A stretch of 64,000 bases of DNA from an uncultured Microthrixaceae bacterium (GCA_963700425.1 CAVOXO010000010.1:40666-104665); one strand, 5' to 3'. Counted from the first letter of the stretch, positions 21,362-32,551 are shown. Numbers and translations are program-made. The notes: generated by a model from the letters alone, not told the origin.

Positions 21362-22210
21362 ATGATCAAGACTGTGGGCATCGTCGGTTCGGGAATCATG
21401 GGGTCGGGGATCGCGGAGGTCGTCGCCAAGGCGGGATTCGATGTGATTCTGCGGTCGCGACACCAGGAATCGGCGGATGCGACGATCATCAAGCTGGAGA
21501 AGTCGCTGAACCGCCAGGTGGAGAAGGGCCGCCTCTCCGAGGAGGACGCGGCGGCGACGGTGGCCCGGGTCCGAGGCACCGCCGATCTCGCCGATCTCGC
21601 CGACTGCGATCTCGTCATCGAGTCGGTCGTCGAGGACCTCGACATCAAGGTGGCGCTCTTCCAGGAGCTCGACGAGATCGTCAAGGAGGGGACGATCCTG
21701 GCCACGAACACCTCGACCCTCCCGGTGGTCGAAATGGCCGTGCTCACCGGACGGCCCGAGCGGGTGTGCGGCGTGCACTTCTTCAATCCGGCCCCGGCCA
21801 TGCCTCTGGTCGAGATCATCGCCCCCCTCACGGTGTCCGACGAGACCCTCGACGAGGTGACCGCGTTCGCCGAGGCGTGCGGGAAGAACCCGGTGAAGGT
21901 GGCCGACCGCGCCGGTTTCATCGTGAACGCTCTGCTGTTCCCCTACCTGAACAATGCGGTCCGCATGCTGGCCAACGGCACTGCGACGCGCGATCACATC
22001 GACGACGCCATGAAGGGCGGATGCAACTTCCCGATGGGACCGTTGGCGCTGCTCGATCTCGTGGGCCTGGATACCTCGATGGCCATCCTCGACGCCCTCT
22101 ACGAGGAGTTCCGTGATCCCAACTACGCCACGGTTCCGTTGATCCGCCGGATGGTCACCGCCGGGCACCTCGGTCGGAAGTCCGGAAAGGGCTTCTACGA
22201 CTACGCCTGA
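21362..22210 (+). CDS. 3-hydroxybutyryl-CoA/3-hydroxyacyl-CoA dehydrogenase
   Basis: MIKTVGIVGSGIMGSGIA Rossmann motif, NTSTL, HFFNPAP, GFIVNA. Confidence 0.85.
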   Translation: MIKTVGIVGSGIMGSGIAEVVAKAGFDVILRSRHQESADATIIKLEKSLNRQVEKGRLSEEDAAATVARVRGTADLADLADCDLVIESVVEDLDIKVALFQELDEIVKEGTILATNTSTLPVVEMAVLTGRPERVCGVHFFNPAPAMPLVEIIAPLTVSDETLDEVTAFAEACGKNPVKVADRAGFIVNALLFPYLNNAVRMLANGTATRDHIDDAMKGGCNFPMGPLALLDLVGLDTSMAILDALYEEFRDPNYATVPLIRRMVTAGHLGRKSGKGFYDYA

Positions 22211-22225
22211 TCCGCGAGCGCGCCC

Positions 22226-22936
22226 GTGACAGCCGACGCGGCGCGCCTCGCCGACGCAGGAACCCGCCTGCTGGCCGAACTGGGTCTGGCCCCCTGTGAG
22301 TGGGATTTCCCCGTCCCCGACGCCGCCCTTCCCGACGACCTCGTGGCGATCGGGGGCGATCTCGCCCCGTCCACGTTGGTCACGGCATACTCCCGCAGCC
22401 TGTTTCCCATGCCGGTGGGTCGGCGGAAGGTCGGCTGGTTCTCCCCGGCACGACGAGGCGTGATCCCACTCGACGGCCTGGTCGTCTCGCGGTCGCTGCG
22501 GCGATCGCTGCGCCGCTACGAGGTGACCTGGAATCGGCGCTTCGCCGACGTGGTCCGCGCCTGTTCGGATCCGGCCCGTCCGCACGGTTGGATCTCACCG
22601 GCGATCATCGACGCCTACATCGAGCTGAACCGTCTCGGCCTCGCGCACAGCGTCGAGGTGTTCGACGACGACCGCCTCGTCGGGGGCCTCTACGGAATCG
22701 GCCTCTCGGGACTGTTCGCCGGCGAATCGATGTTCCATCGAGCCACCGACGCGTCGAAGGTCGCTCTGGTCCGACTGGTCGAGCGTCTGGTGGCCACCGG
22801 GTGCTCCCTGCTCGACGTCCAATGGGTGACGCCACACCTGGCCTCATTGGGCGCCGTGGAGCTCGGCCGCGGCGAGTACCTCGGCTCCCTCGTCGGGGCA
22901 CTCGAAGGGCCTGCCACGACGCTCACGTCCCGGTGA
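22226..22936 (+). CDS. aat: Leucyl/phenylalanyl-tRNA--protein transferase
   Basis: AYSRSLFPM, GWFSPARRGVIPL, HSVEVF...LVGGLYG..., FAGESMFH. Confidence 0.85.
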   Translation: MTADAARLADAGTRLLAELGLAPCEWDFPVPDAALPDDLVAIGGDLAPSTLVTAYSRSLFPMPVGRRKVGWFSPARRGVIPLDGLVVSRSLRRSLRRYEVTWNRRFADVVRACSDPARPHGWISPAIIDAYIELNRLGLAHSVEVFDDDRLVGGLYGIGLSGLFAGESMFHRATDASKVALVRLVERLVATGCSLLDVQWVTPHLASLGAVELGRGEYLGSLVGALEGPATTLTSR

Positions 22937-22979
22937 GACCCTTCTTCACTCCGGGCCCGGGTGATCCGGGTCGACTGCC

Positions 22980-23612
22980 TCAGCCGACCGCCGGAAACGC
23001 CGCGACGATGTCCCCGCGATCGACGGCATCGTCGACGATGGTGCGCTCGACGGTCTGTCGACCGCGGTCGAAGTCGACCACCTCCGAGGCCAACAGCTCC
23101 GAGGCGGGATCGAAGCACAACACGGCCCGATTCCCCCACGGACCCTCCAACCCGGCTCCGACCGGGGTGAGTTCGTAGCAGTCGTCCGACTCCCCCGCCG
23201 TTGCCCACAAGGTCGGGGTCGGCCCGGTGACGGACTCGACGACCTCGTCGATGTCGGCGACCGCATCACCCTCGACGTCGACCACTCCGTTGTCGATGCA
23301 CGTCATCGTCCCGGACGCATCGTTGCAGCCGATGCTGTGACCGTCGACGCGACCGGTGATCTGATGCTCTCCTATCGTCACCCGTTCGGGAAACGACTGG
23401 ATGACGGTCACGGGTGCCTCGGGAAGGGCGGTGTCGCCGACGACCCGCGAGATCCGCTCCTCGTAGCTGATCGAGGCCCGACGGAACGCGTCGTACCGCG
23501 CGACGAACTCCGACCCGAGATCGGGGGCTTCGGTCACCCCTTCGTCGGAGCCGCACGCCGACACGACGCCCAGCGCCATCACCACCATCGCGGCGATGGC
23601 GCGGAGACCCAT
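22980..23612 (-). CDS. Hypothetical lipoprotein
   Basis: MGLRAIAAMVVMALGVVSAC lipobox. The downstream part of ORF 22980..24080 is protein-like. No family recognised. Confidence 0.5.
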   Translation of the reverse strand: MGLRAIAAMVVMALGVVSACGSDEGVTEAPDLGSEFVARYDAFRRASISYEERISRVVGDTALPEAPVTVIQSFPERVTIGEHQITGRVDGHSIGCNDASGTMTCIDNGVVDVEGDAVADIDEVVESVTGPTPTLWATAGESDDCYELTPVGAGLEGPWGNRAVLCFDPASELLASEVVDFDRGRQTVERTIVDDAVDRGDIVAAFPAVG

Positions 23613-23617
23613 GCCGC

Positions 23618-24235
23618 TCAACGTTCGGCATCGTCGGTCGGGCGCCGATGAACCGACACCGCGTAGCCGCCGGCGCCCTGCCACGGGGTGCGATCCCAAC
23701 TGGCGAATCGCTCGACGAGAACGAGACCCGCCGTTTCGCAGTCGCCGTCGTAGCCGTCGACGCCGTAGCCTCCGTGTGACAGCTGGAATCCCGAGATCAG
23801 GAGTCCCCCTGGCACCAAGTGGTCCGCGAGCGCGGCCACGGTGGCCGTCTCGGAACCGGGATCCAGGAAGATCATGACGTTCCCCGCCGTCACGACGACC
23901 TGGAACCGACGGCGGATCCCGTCGGGATGTCGCAGCGAGAGCGTCGAGAGATCGGCCCGGAACCACTCGATGTCGGGCGCGTTCTCTACCGCGGTCTCGA
24001 GCATCGATCGATCCAGGTCGACCCCCACGACGTCGACCCCGCGTCGGGCCAGCTCGATCGCCACCCGGCCGGTCCCACACCCGGCGTCGAGCACCCTCCG
24101 GGGCCCGTACCCCATGACGAAACTGGCTTCACCGTGGACGTCGTGTCCGGCCGCGGCCAGTCGTTCGAACCGCCGGTCGTAGTCTGCGCCACGAGGTGCG
24201 TCCCCGCGATCCCACCGTGACGACGTCGTCCCCAT
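23618..24235 (-). CDS. Class I SAM-dependent methyltransferase
   Basis: VLDAGCGTGRVAIELARRG, VGVDLD. Confidence 0.75.
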   Translation of the reverse strand: MGTTSSRWDRGDAPRGADYDRRFERLAAAGHDVHGEASFVMGYGPRRVLDAGCGTGRVAIELARRGVDVVGVDLDRSMLETAVENAPDIEWFRADLSTLSLRHPDGIRRRFQVVVTAGNVMIFLDPGSETATVAALADHLVPGGLLISGFQLSHGGYGVDGYDGDCETAGLVLVERFASWDRTPWQGAGGYAVSVHRRPTDDAER

Positions 24236-24581
24236 GCCGTCAGAGGCTACCGGCCTCCCGACAACGGTTCGGACCGGGTGATCGGCGCGTCCGGGGCTCG
24301 GCTGAATGGGCCGAACGAACCATTTCGGGAGATGAGCATTGACCCTGGCCTCCGACCATGTTGTCCTGTGTCCAGTTCACTTCAGGGGAAGCACTGATCC
24401 GCCGGACATTCCTGGTCGCACGTCGACCGGCGGGGAGCAAGAGCGAAACCGGCCCCCGAACGCTCCGATCGGGTGGTGCCGAACGGTTGTGGTGATCTTC
24501 CTGGAAGGCGAGTCGGTCGGGGGGTCTTCGGACCTCCCGCCGACGTTGCGTCGGTCCATCGTCGGCAAGGACGAACCCGAC

Positions 24582-25940
24582 TCAGTCCCGGGGCTTGGCC
24601 ATGTTCGCGAACAGGGTGCAGTAGTCGAGGAACGCCAGCCGGCACACCCCCGTGGGACCACTGCGGTGCTTCGCCACGAGCACCTCGGCAGTGCCCTTGT
24701 CGGGGGAATCGGGATTGTAGATCTCGTCGCGATAGAGGAACATCACCACATCGGCGTCCTGCTCGATGGCGCCCGATTCACGGAGGTCGGCCAGCATCGG
24801 CCGGCGATCCTGACGACTCTCGAGCGTTCGGGACAGCTGGGAGAGGGCCATGACCGGTACCTCCAGTTCACGAGCCAGGACCTTGAGCCCCCGGGAGATC
24901 TCGGAGATCTCGACCTGCCGGCTCTCCGCGTTGGAGCGCCCGCTCATCAACTGGAGGTAGTCGACGACGATCAACCCGAGATCGCCGACACGGGACTTGA
25001 GTCGCCGCGCCTTGGCCCGTATCTCCATGACCGTGAGGTTGGGATTGTCGTCGATCCACAGCGGGGCCTCGGCCAGCCGACCCATCGCCTTGGTCACCTT
25101 CGACCAATCGGATTCGGTCAGTGAGCCGTTGCGGAGATGAGTGGCGTCGATACGGCCCTCGGATCCCAACAGACGCTGGGTCAGCTCGAGATGGCCCATC
25201 TCGAGGGAGAAGTAGAGAACCGGCTTCTTGGCTGCGAACGCAGCGTTGGCCGCGGCTCCCAGACCGAAACTGGTCTTGCCCATGGCCGGACGCGCTCCGA
25301 CGACGATCAGAGAGCTGGGCTGCATTCCCGACATCAGCTCGTCGAGCTCGTGATACCCGCTGGGTGTCCCCGTGATGGTCTCGCTCCGCTCGTAGAGCGC
25401 CTCGAGCCTGTCGAGGCTGTCGTCGAGGAGATCACGCACCTCCACCATCGTGTCGGCGACGCGGCGCTCCGCCACCTCGTACATCATCGATTCGGCCACA
25501 TCGAGGGTCTTGGTGACGTCGTCGAGGGGGTGATACCCGAGTTCCGCGATGTCGCTGGCCGTGGACACGAGCCGCCGAAGCAGCGCGTTCTCCTCCACGA
25601 TCTTGGCGTAGTGGGACGCGTTCGACACCGCCGGAGTCCGGGCCTGGATCGACACCAACAGGGCCGGGCCCCCGATGGCGTCGAGCAGTTCGGCCCGCTT
25701 GAGCTCCTCGGCCACCGTCACGGGATCAACGGGTTGCCCTGCTCCGTAGAGGGCGGTGATGGCCTCGTAGATGTGGGCGTGAGCCGGCTTGTAGAAGTCG
25801 ACGGCGTCGACGACCTGGACCGCATCGGCGATCGCGGTCTGCTTGAGCAGCATCGCACCGAGAAGGGACTCCTCGGCCGCGAGATTATGGGGCGCTATGC
25901 GCCCGTCTGTGGGAGGGGAAGATCCGGCCAAGGCGTTCAT
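24582..25940 (-). CDS. dnaB: Replicative DNA helicase DnaB (no intein)
   Basis: PHNLAAEESLLGAML, GARPAMGKTSF Walker A, IVVDYLQLM, 452 aa. Confidence 0.95.
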   Translation of the reverse strand: MNALAGSSPPTDGRIAPHNLAAEESLLGAMLLKQTAIADAVQVVDAVDFYKPAHAHIYEAITALYGAGQPVDPVTVAEELKRAELLDAIGGPALLVSIQARTPAVSNASHYAKIVEENALLRRLVSTASDIAELGYHPLDDVTKTLDVAESMMYEVAERRVADTMVEVRDLLDDSLDRLEALYERSETITGTPSGYHELDELMSGMQPSSLIVVGARPAMGKTSFGLGAAANAAFAAKKPVLYFSLEMGHLELTQRLLGSEGRIDATHLRNGSLTESDWSKVTKAMGRLAEAPLWIDDNPNLTVMEIRAKARRLKSRVGDLGLIVVDYLQLMSGRSNAESRQVEISEISRGLKVLARELEVPVMALSQLSRTLESRQDRRPMLADLRESGAIEQDADVVMFLYRDEIYNPDSPDKGTAEVLVAKHRSGPTGVCRLAFLDYCTLFANMAKPRD

Positions 25941-25956
25941 CGTGGCCTCACCTGCC

Positions 25957-26042
25957 TGTGGGGAACCAGGGGAACATCATGGGGGATTCGTTCCCCTGGC
26001 TGTGGGATGAGCGCGACGAACCTGTGGGGAGCCTGTGGAGAT
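25957..26042. promoter_or_regulatory. Four same-orientation TGTGGRRR (DnaA-box-like) repeats around a 10-bp inverted repeat, between rplI and dnaB
   Basis: TGTGGGGAA 25957, TGTGGGATG 26001, TGTGGGGAG 26023, TGTGGAGAT 26034. Inverted repeat ccaggggaac (25966-25975) / gttcccctgg (25990-25999). Confidence 0.45.
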
Positions 26043-26081
26043 CGGGGCCGCCGTTCCGCGGCGGACCCGATCCCTGGGACA

Positions 26082-26537
26082 TCACTCCCCTGCGACCTCG
26101 AGGGTCACCGGGAACTGGACCTCGGGGTGGAGTCGAACCTGGACCTGGTGGGAACCGGTGGTCTTGATCTGTTCGTCGATGTGGATATCGCGCCGATCGA
26201 TCTGAGCTCCGGTCTGAGCCTCGACGGCCTCGGCGACATCGGCTGCGGTGACCGAGCCGAACAGCCTTCCGCCTTCGCCGGCCCGCGCCGCGACCTTGAT
26301 GATCTTGGGAACGAGGATCGTGGCGATCTCGGTGGCGGACTCCCGTGCCTTGGTGTCCTTGAGGATGCGAGAACGGCGCATCCCCTCGGCCTGGGCCTCG
26401 GCGCCGGCGGTTGCGGTCATGGCGAGCCCGCGGGGCTCGAGGAAGTTCCGCGAGTAGCCCTTGGACACCTCGACGATGTCGCCGCGCTTGCCCAGACCGG
26501 CCACGTCGCCGCGCAGGATGACCTTGACGTCAGGCAT
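26082..26537 (-). CDS. rplI: 50S ribosomal protein L9
   Basis: [33 protein letters not shown]. Confidence 0.9.
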   Translation of the reverse strand: MPDVKVILRGDVAGLGKRGDIVEVSKGYSRNFLEPRGLAMTATAGAEAQAEGMRRSRILKDTKARESATEIATILVPKIIKVAARAGEGGRLFGSVTAADVAEAVEAQTGAQIDRRDIHIDEQIKTTGSHQVQVRLHPEVQFPVTLEVAGE

Positions 26538-26985
26538 CGGGGGCCTCCGTCTCGGTGGAGTCGGCTCCCGACAACGGTGACTCCGGTGCCGGCTCATCGG
26601 TCGGCTTGGGAGTGATGGGCTCGAACTCCTGCTTGGATTCGTTGCGCTCCGGACGGTCTCCACGATCGCCGCGAGGACCTCGACGGTCGCCGTCTTCGCC
26701 GTCACGACGCCGGCCGCCGCGCTGGGTGGTGACCCTCGAGGTGTAGGGGAGGAGCGCCATCTCCCGCGCGTTCTTGATGGCCTTGGCGATCTCGCGTTGC
26801 TGGCGAGCGTCGTTGCCCGTCACTCGCCGGGCCCGGATCTTTGCCCGGTCCGACATGAATCGACGGAGGAGGTTCACGTCCTTCCAGTCGATGTACTCGA
26901 CCTTCTCGATCACCAGGACGCTGGTCTTCTTCTTGGTACGCCGCCCGTTGTCGCGGGTCTTGGTGCTGCTGGCGCGTTTCTTCAT
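26530..26985 (-). CDS. rpsR: 30S ribosomal protein S18 with about 65-aa C-terminal extension
   Basis: [50 protein letters not shown], followed by an R/D/E/P-rich tail. The stop overlaps the rplI start and the start overlaps the ssb stop. Confidence 0.9.
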   Translation of the reverse strand: MKKRASSTKTRDNGRRTKKKTSVLVIEKVEYIDWKDVNLLRRFMSDRAKIRARRVTGNDARQQREIAKAIKNAREMALLPYTSRVTTQRGGRRRDGEDGDRRGPRGDRGDRPERNESKQEFEPITPKPTDEPAPESPLSGADSTETEAPDA

Positions 26986-27449
26986 CAGAATGGCTCCTCG
27001 TCGTAGTTGTAGCCGCCCGCGGGCGCGCTGGGAGCGGGCGCCGGTCCGGGTGCGGGAGACCCACCGCCCCCGTCGACGCCGCTGCGTCGCTCGTTCTTGG
27101 TCACGACCGCCGAGGCCCAACGAAGCGAGGGACCCACCTCATCGGCGACGATCTCGACCTTCGAGCGCTTCTCACCTTCCTGGTTCTCCCAGGAACGCTG
27201 TTCGAGCCGACCGGTCACGATCAGGCGGGAGCCCTTGGCGACCGATTCGCTCACGTTCTCGGCGAGGCCCGCCCAGCACACGATGTCGAAGAACGACGTG
27301 GCCTCCTCCCACTCCTGGTTCTGACGGTTCTGCCACCGGCGGTTGACGGCGAGGCCGAAGGTGGCCACTGCCTGTCCGTTGGGGGTGAACCGCAATTCGG
27401 GGTCGCGGGTCACGTTGCCCACGACCGTCACGTTGTTGCCGTTTGCCAT
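26985..27449 (-). CDS. ssb: Single-stranded DNA-binding protein
   Basis: [25 protein letters not shown]..., Gly/Pro-rich linker, acidic tip NYDEEPF. Confidence 0.93.
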   Translation of the reverse strand: MANGNNVTVVGNVTRDPELRFTPNGQAVATFGLAVNRRWQNRQNQEWEEATSFFDIVCWAGLAENVSESVAKGSRLIVTGRLEQRSWENQEGEKRSKVEIVADEVGPSLRWASAVVTKNERRSGVDGGGGSPAPGPAPAPSAPAGGYNYDEEPF

Positions 27450-27466
27450 TGTTCGTTCGCTCCTTG

Positions 27467-27796
27467 TCAGCCGGCCGCTGACCCGTAGAGACCACGCTTG
27501 GCGGCCTCGCTGTCGGGCAACCGGATGTTCTTGTGGCGGACGACGTCGTCCGCGAGCCGGAGGAAGCGGTCGAGCTCGTCGAGGTTGGCGGCCGGGGTGA
27601 CCAGTTCGAAGACGACGTAGGTGCCTTCGAGCTTGTGGTTGATGGGATACGCGAAGCGGCGCTTCCCCCACATGTCGGTGGTGGACACCGTTCCCTCGTC
27701 CGCCGTGACGAGTTCTTCGACCCGTTGGCAGACTGCCTGGACTCCGGCATCATCGACGTCACCGTCGATGATCACCATCAGTTCATATGCGCGCAT
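27467..27796 (-). CDS. rpsF: 30S ribosomal protein S6
   Basis: MRAYELMVIID...WGKRRFAYPI. Confidence 0.9.
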   Translation of the reverse strand: MRAYELMVIIDGDVDDAGVQAVCQRVEELVTADEGTVSTTDMWGKRRFAYPINHKLEGTYVVFELVTPAANLDELDRFLRLADDVVRHKNIRLPDSEAAKRGLYGSAAG

Positions 27797-28017
27797 GGCG
27801 ACGCACCTCCCTCTGGACCCTGCTCCGAGAACGGATGTCAGGGGCCCCGGACGGTCCGGGGCAGGGTGTCGAAACGACGGGTGGACTGTAGTCGCCGTCC
27901 GCGGGAGGCGCCCTATCGGCAGGCCAGAGCACCGTTGCTTTCTCATGGTTCCCATGTTGACCGACACCCCTGACACCGAAACAGGATCGGTCGTCGTCGG
28001 GACGTGTCGGGTCGGAA

Positions 28018-28947
<930 letters not shown>

Positions 28948-29003
28948 CCCAGTGTAGGGACTTCCGCTCCCATCGACCAGTGGGCAATTCTCCGCGACGG
29001 CGA

Positions 29004-31238
29004 TCAGCCGCTCGCTGCGTCGGTCGCTCCGTCGCCGTCGGGGCCGACCGGCGCCACAGGACCGGGATCCTCGGCCGCAGGGGCCAGGGGGTCACCCCCT
29101 GACTGACCCTGAGGGCCCTCGGTCACCGTCCGCGCGACCGTGGTGATGGGCGCCGGAGTCGTCGTGGTCGTCGTCGTGAACCTCGGATCGGGCTCGCGGA
29201 CGTTCGTGCCGGCATCGACCTCTGGGAAGGTGCAATCCCCGGTCCCCTCGGTCGCTCCCAACATGAACTGCCGCCACACCTCGGCCGGGAAGGTACCGCC
29301 GGTGACCTTCATGCCGCGTACGTTCTCCATGGTCGGAATCTCCTGGTCCGGTCCGGCGAGGTCCGCATATCCCATCCACACCGCAGCGGTGAGCCGACAC
29401 GTGTACCCCACGAACCAGGCATCCTTGAAGTTCTGCGTCGTCCCGGTCTTGCCGGCGGCTGTCTGGCGGAATCGGGCCCCGGTCGCCGTTCCCTCCCTGA
29501 TGACGCCGGTGAGGGTGTAGTTGACCGTATCGGCCACCTCGGTCGCGAGAACGCGGCTCGACGCGAGAGCCTCGTCGGTCGAGGCGTCGTAGAGAACGTT
29601 TCCGGCGGCATCCTCGACCCTGGCGATGATCCGAGGCGGCTTCCGCTCACCGCGATTGGACAGCGTGGAGTATGCCGCAGCGAGGTCCAGGGGCGACACG
29701 TCCGCCGTCCCGAGAGCGACCGACGGGTTCGCCGGCACGGGAGCGCTGACCCCCAGCCTGGTCGCCATCTCCGACACGGCGTCCGCCCCGACGTCCTGGG
29801 TGATCTGCACGTAGGCGGTATTCGACGAGTGCCACGTCGCCTCGGCGACGGAGGTCACGCCCAGGTCCTCGTCGTCGTAGTTCTGGACCACCCAGTCCTC
29901 ACCGTCATCCGCCTCGGGCACCACGATCTCCTGTGGGGCTGCGATCTCGGAGGTGATCGAATTCCCCTGCTCGACGTAGCCTGCGAGGGCGAACGCCTTG
30001 AACGTGGATCCGGCGGGACGGCCGCTTCCGCCCCCCTGTGCTCCGAGCGCGTAGTTCACTTCGGAGCTCTCGAAGTCCCGACCCCCCACCATGGCCACCA
30101 CACGACCCTGGTCGTCGAGCGCGACGAACGCCGCAGCCGGATCCGTGGGCGCCGGCAGGGTCTTGGCAATGGCCCCGAACGCCGCATCCTGGAGGTCGGG
30201 ATCAACGGTGAGGTACACCCTCAGACCCTTGCCGTAGACGGCGGACTCTCCGAACCGTTCCACCAACTGGGCCCTCGCCCATTCGACGACGTAGCTGCCG
30301 CCGACGAACGAGAATCCCGATCTGACCCTGGTGCCGTTGTCGGTGGGCGGCTGCGGAAGGACATGTCCCTCCCAGGGGACCGCGGCCGCCTCGTCGGCCT
30401 CGCTCCGCGAGATGTAGCCCTCGTCGACCATCGCCTCGAGCACCGAGGCCCGCCGCCTCGTGGCCTCCTCGGGATCCTTCGTCGCGTCGGCCAGACCCGG
30501 CGCGCGGATCAGGCCGGCCAGATAGGCGGACTCGCCGACGTCGAGTGCCGACGCGTCCTTGCCGAAGTAGGCCTGAGCAGCAGCTTCCACGCCGTTGGCG
30601 CCCCGGCCGAAGTAGATCTCGTTGAGATAGCGGGTGAGGATCTCGTCTTTCGACACCTCCCGCTCCAACTGAATGGCCAGCGCAGCTTCCCTCAGCTTCC
30701 TGGTGAGGGTTCTCTCCGAGGTGAGATAGACGTTCTTGACGTACTGCTGGGTGATCGTCGATCCCCCCTGCTGGCTGCCACTGCCTCTCACATCGCGGTA
30801 CAAGGCCCTCGCTATGCCGGTGGGATCGACCCCCGAGTGTTCGAAGAACGACCGGTCCTCCGCCGCCACCACCGCGTCGATCAGCGTGGGTGACATCTCG
30901 TCGAGACGGATGATGACCCGGTCCTCGGTGTCGGAGAACTGCGCCACGGAATTGGAGGGACTGCACTCTCCCTCGCCGACATCGGAGAGACACACGAACG
31001 AGGTGGTCACCGGCTCCGCCGCCTCCGGGACCTCCACGGAGTTGATCGCGGCGAACAGTGCTCCGGCGCCGACGACGCAGACCAAGAGAACCAGATACAC
31101 CGCGCGCCGGAGGCGTCGTCGCCAGCGACCGGGTCGAGCCGGCGCCGGTGGCGACTCGGTCTCGTCCGACCGGGCCCGACGGACCCGACGACGCGACGGC
31201 GCCGCGGTCGTCTCGGGTGGGTCGAGGACGTCGCTCAT
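29004..31238 (-). CDS. ponA: Class A penicillin-binding protein (glycosyltransferase plus transpeptidase)
   Basis: GT51 motifs AAEDRSFFEHSG, GGSTITQQ and RKLREAALAIQLE. Transpeptidase motif STFK. N-terminal TM helix. Start taken at MSDVLDPP, 5 nt after the upstream stop. Confidence 0.9.
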   Translation of the reverse strand: MSDVLDPPETTAAPSRRRVRRARSDETESPPAPARPGRWRRRLRRAVYLVLLVCVVGAGALFAAINSVEVPEAAEPVTTSFVCLSDVGEGECSPSNSVAQFSDTEDRVIIRLDEMSPTLIDAVVAAEDRSFFEHSGVDPTGIARALYRDVRGSGSQQGGSTITQQYVKNVYLTSERTLTRKLREAALAIQLEREVSKDEILTRYLNEIYFGRGANGVEAAAQAYFGKDASALDVGESAYLAGLIRAPGLADATKDPEEATRRRASVLEAMVDEGYISRSEADEAAAVPWEGHVLPQPPTDNGTRVRSGFSFVGGSYVVEWARAQLVERFGESAVYGKGLRVYLTVDPDLQDAAFGAIAKTLPAPTDPAAAFVALDDQGRVVAMVGGRDFESSEVNYALGAQGGGSGRPAGSTFKAFALAGYVEQGNSITSEIAAPQEIVVPEADDGEDWVVQNYDDEDLGVTSVAEATWHSSNTAYVQITQDVGADAVSEMATRLGVSAPVPANPSVALGTADVSPLDLAAAYSTLSNRGERKPPRIIARVEDAAGNVLYDASTDEALASSRVLATEVADTVNYTLTGVIREGTATGARFRQTAAGKTGTTQNFKDAWFVGYTCRLTAAVWMGYADLAGPDQEIPTMENVRGMKVTGGTFPAEVWRQFMLGATEGTGDCTFPEVDAGTNVREPDPRFTTTTTTTPAPITTVARTVTEGPQGQSGGDPLAPAAEDPGPVAPVGPDGDGATDAASG

Positions 31239-31243
31239 GGTCC

Positions 31244-31649
31244 TCAGGCGCTTCGGCTCGGCTCGAGCACATAGGACGAGAGGAGATGGTTCCAGCGGCA
31301 CTCGGGACACACCTCGACCACGAAGCAGCGGTGTTCACCCGCCCGTCGCGCCAGTCGATCGAGATCGGCCACCGACGTGACGCAGCGACCTCCTCCCGGC
31401 AGTCGGGGCCCGAAGACGAACCTCACGTTGCACAGCTCGGAGCTCGTGCAGATCGGACACGATCCACGAGCGGGCACCGATGCATGGTGAGCGACGCGGC
31501 ATCAGCTCCGACTGGGCATCGCAGACATCCTCGAGCGACACGTCACCGTTGCGGAACTGCCGCAGCAGTCGGCGACGATCGAGTCGGTAGTCCACGGTTC
31601 CCGGGCGGTCACCGGGTCGCCCTTGTCCTCTCTTTCCCTGGATGTGCAC
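31244..31649 (-). pseudogene. DUF5318-like small Cys-rich protein upstream of ponA; +1 frame break near 31497
   Basis: VDYRLDRRRLLRQFRNGDVSLEDVCDAQSELM (frame of ORF 31335..32249). It then continues as ...HHASVPARGSCPICTSS...FVVEVCPECRWNHLLSSYVL (ORF 31244..31477). Confidence 0.6.
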
Positions 31650-31741
31650 GCGCCCAAGGGTACCGATGCCGCCCAGCGCGTCATAGGTCGACCCCCTCCC
31701 GGATCCCACCTTCGGGGCTCCGCATCGACCACGATGGTGGG

Positions 31742-32551
31742 GTGACCAGCGAGACCACGTCGCGAACCACGCGCCGCCGACATCCATCGGCGGGGAACCT
31801 CGGTGAGCCGACCCCGACGCCCCCGCCCCCGGTGGCGTCCCTCGAGATCCCCTCTGTCGCCTATCCGCTGGGGTCGTCGACACTCCCCGACCTCGTGCGC
31901 CTCGGCCCCGACCTCGATGCGGTGGCCATGGCCCGCATGGTCGGCCACCTGGAGGGCAGGAGGATCCTCGAGCTCGGCTGCGGACGGGGCGCCAACACCG
32001 TCGCCATGGCCATGGCCGGAGCGCACGTGGTGTCGGTCGACAGCTCGGGGGAACGGCTGTCCGCAGCGCGCCGACTCGCCGAGGAACATGACGTCCGCGT
32101 CGAATTCCACCACGGTGACCTCGCAGATCTGGCCTTCGAACGAGCCGACCGGGTGGACCTGGCGCTCGCCGTGTACTCGCTGGCCGAGGTCGAGGACATC
32201 TCGAGGGTGTTCCGCCAGGTTCACCGTGTGCTCCGCAGCGAGTCACCACTCATGATGTCGCTTCCCCACCCCCTGCGATTCGTTGCGGAGCCGCTGGCCG
32301 ACGACACCGTGGCCCTGTCAGGCTCCTACACCGCCACCGGCACCGTCGAATGGTCATCCTCGGAAGGTTCGGGCCACGTCGTGCGTCACGGAGTCGGCGA
32401 AGTGGTCACGGCCCTCTTCCGTTCGAACTTCCGGGTGGACACCGTCCTCGAGCCCGAGGTCGTCGGCGACGACGCCTCGCCCTACCGTTCTGCCCTCGAC
32501 GCGGTCATCCCGTCGTCGTTCATCGTGAGGGCGCGCAAAGAGGGAACCTGA
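31742..32551 (+). CDS. Class I SAM-dependent methyltransferase
   Basis: ILELGCGRGANTVAMAMAG, VVSVDSS and FHHGDLADL within ORF 31058..32551. GTG 31742 is a tentative start. Confidence 0.7.
   Translation: MTSETTSRTTRRRHPSAGNLGEPTPTPPPPVASLEIPSVAYPLGSSTLPDLVRLGPDLDAVAMARMVGHLEGRRILELGCGRGANTVAMAMAGAHVVSVDSSGERLSAARRLAEEHDVRVEFHHGDLADLAFERADRVDLALAVYSLAEVEDISRVFRQVHRVLRSESPLMMSLPHPLRFVAEPLADDTVALSGSYTATGTVEWSSSEGSGHVVRHGVGEVVTALFRSNFRVDTVLEPEVVGDDASPYRSALDAVIPSSFIVRARKEGT

Noticed and set aside
27797-28017. An S6:S18-binding regulatory leader upstream of rpsF. A 7-bp hairpin ccccgga-cgg-tccgggg lies near 27844.
   Set aside because: I cannot verify the conserved leader motif by eye, and the hairpin is equally well explained as the panB terminator. 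Not reported as a feature.
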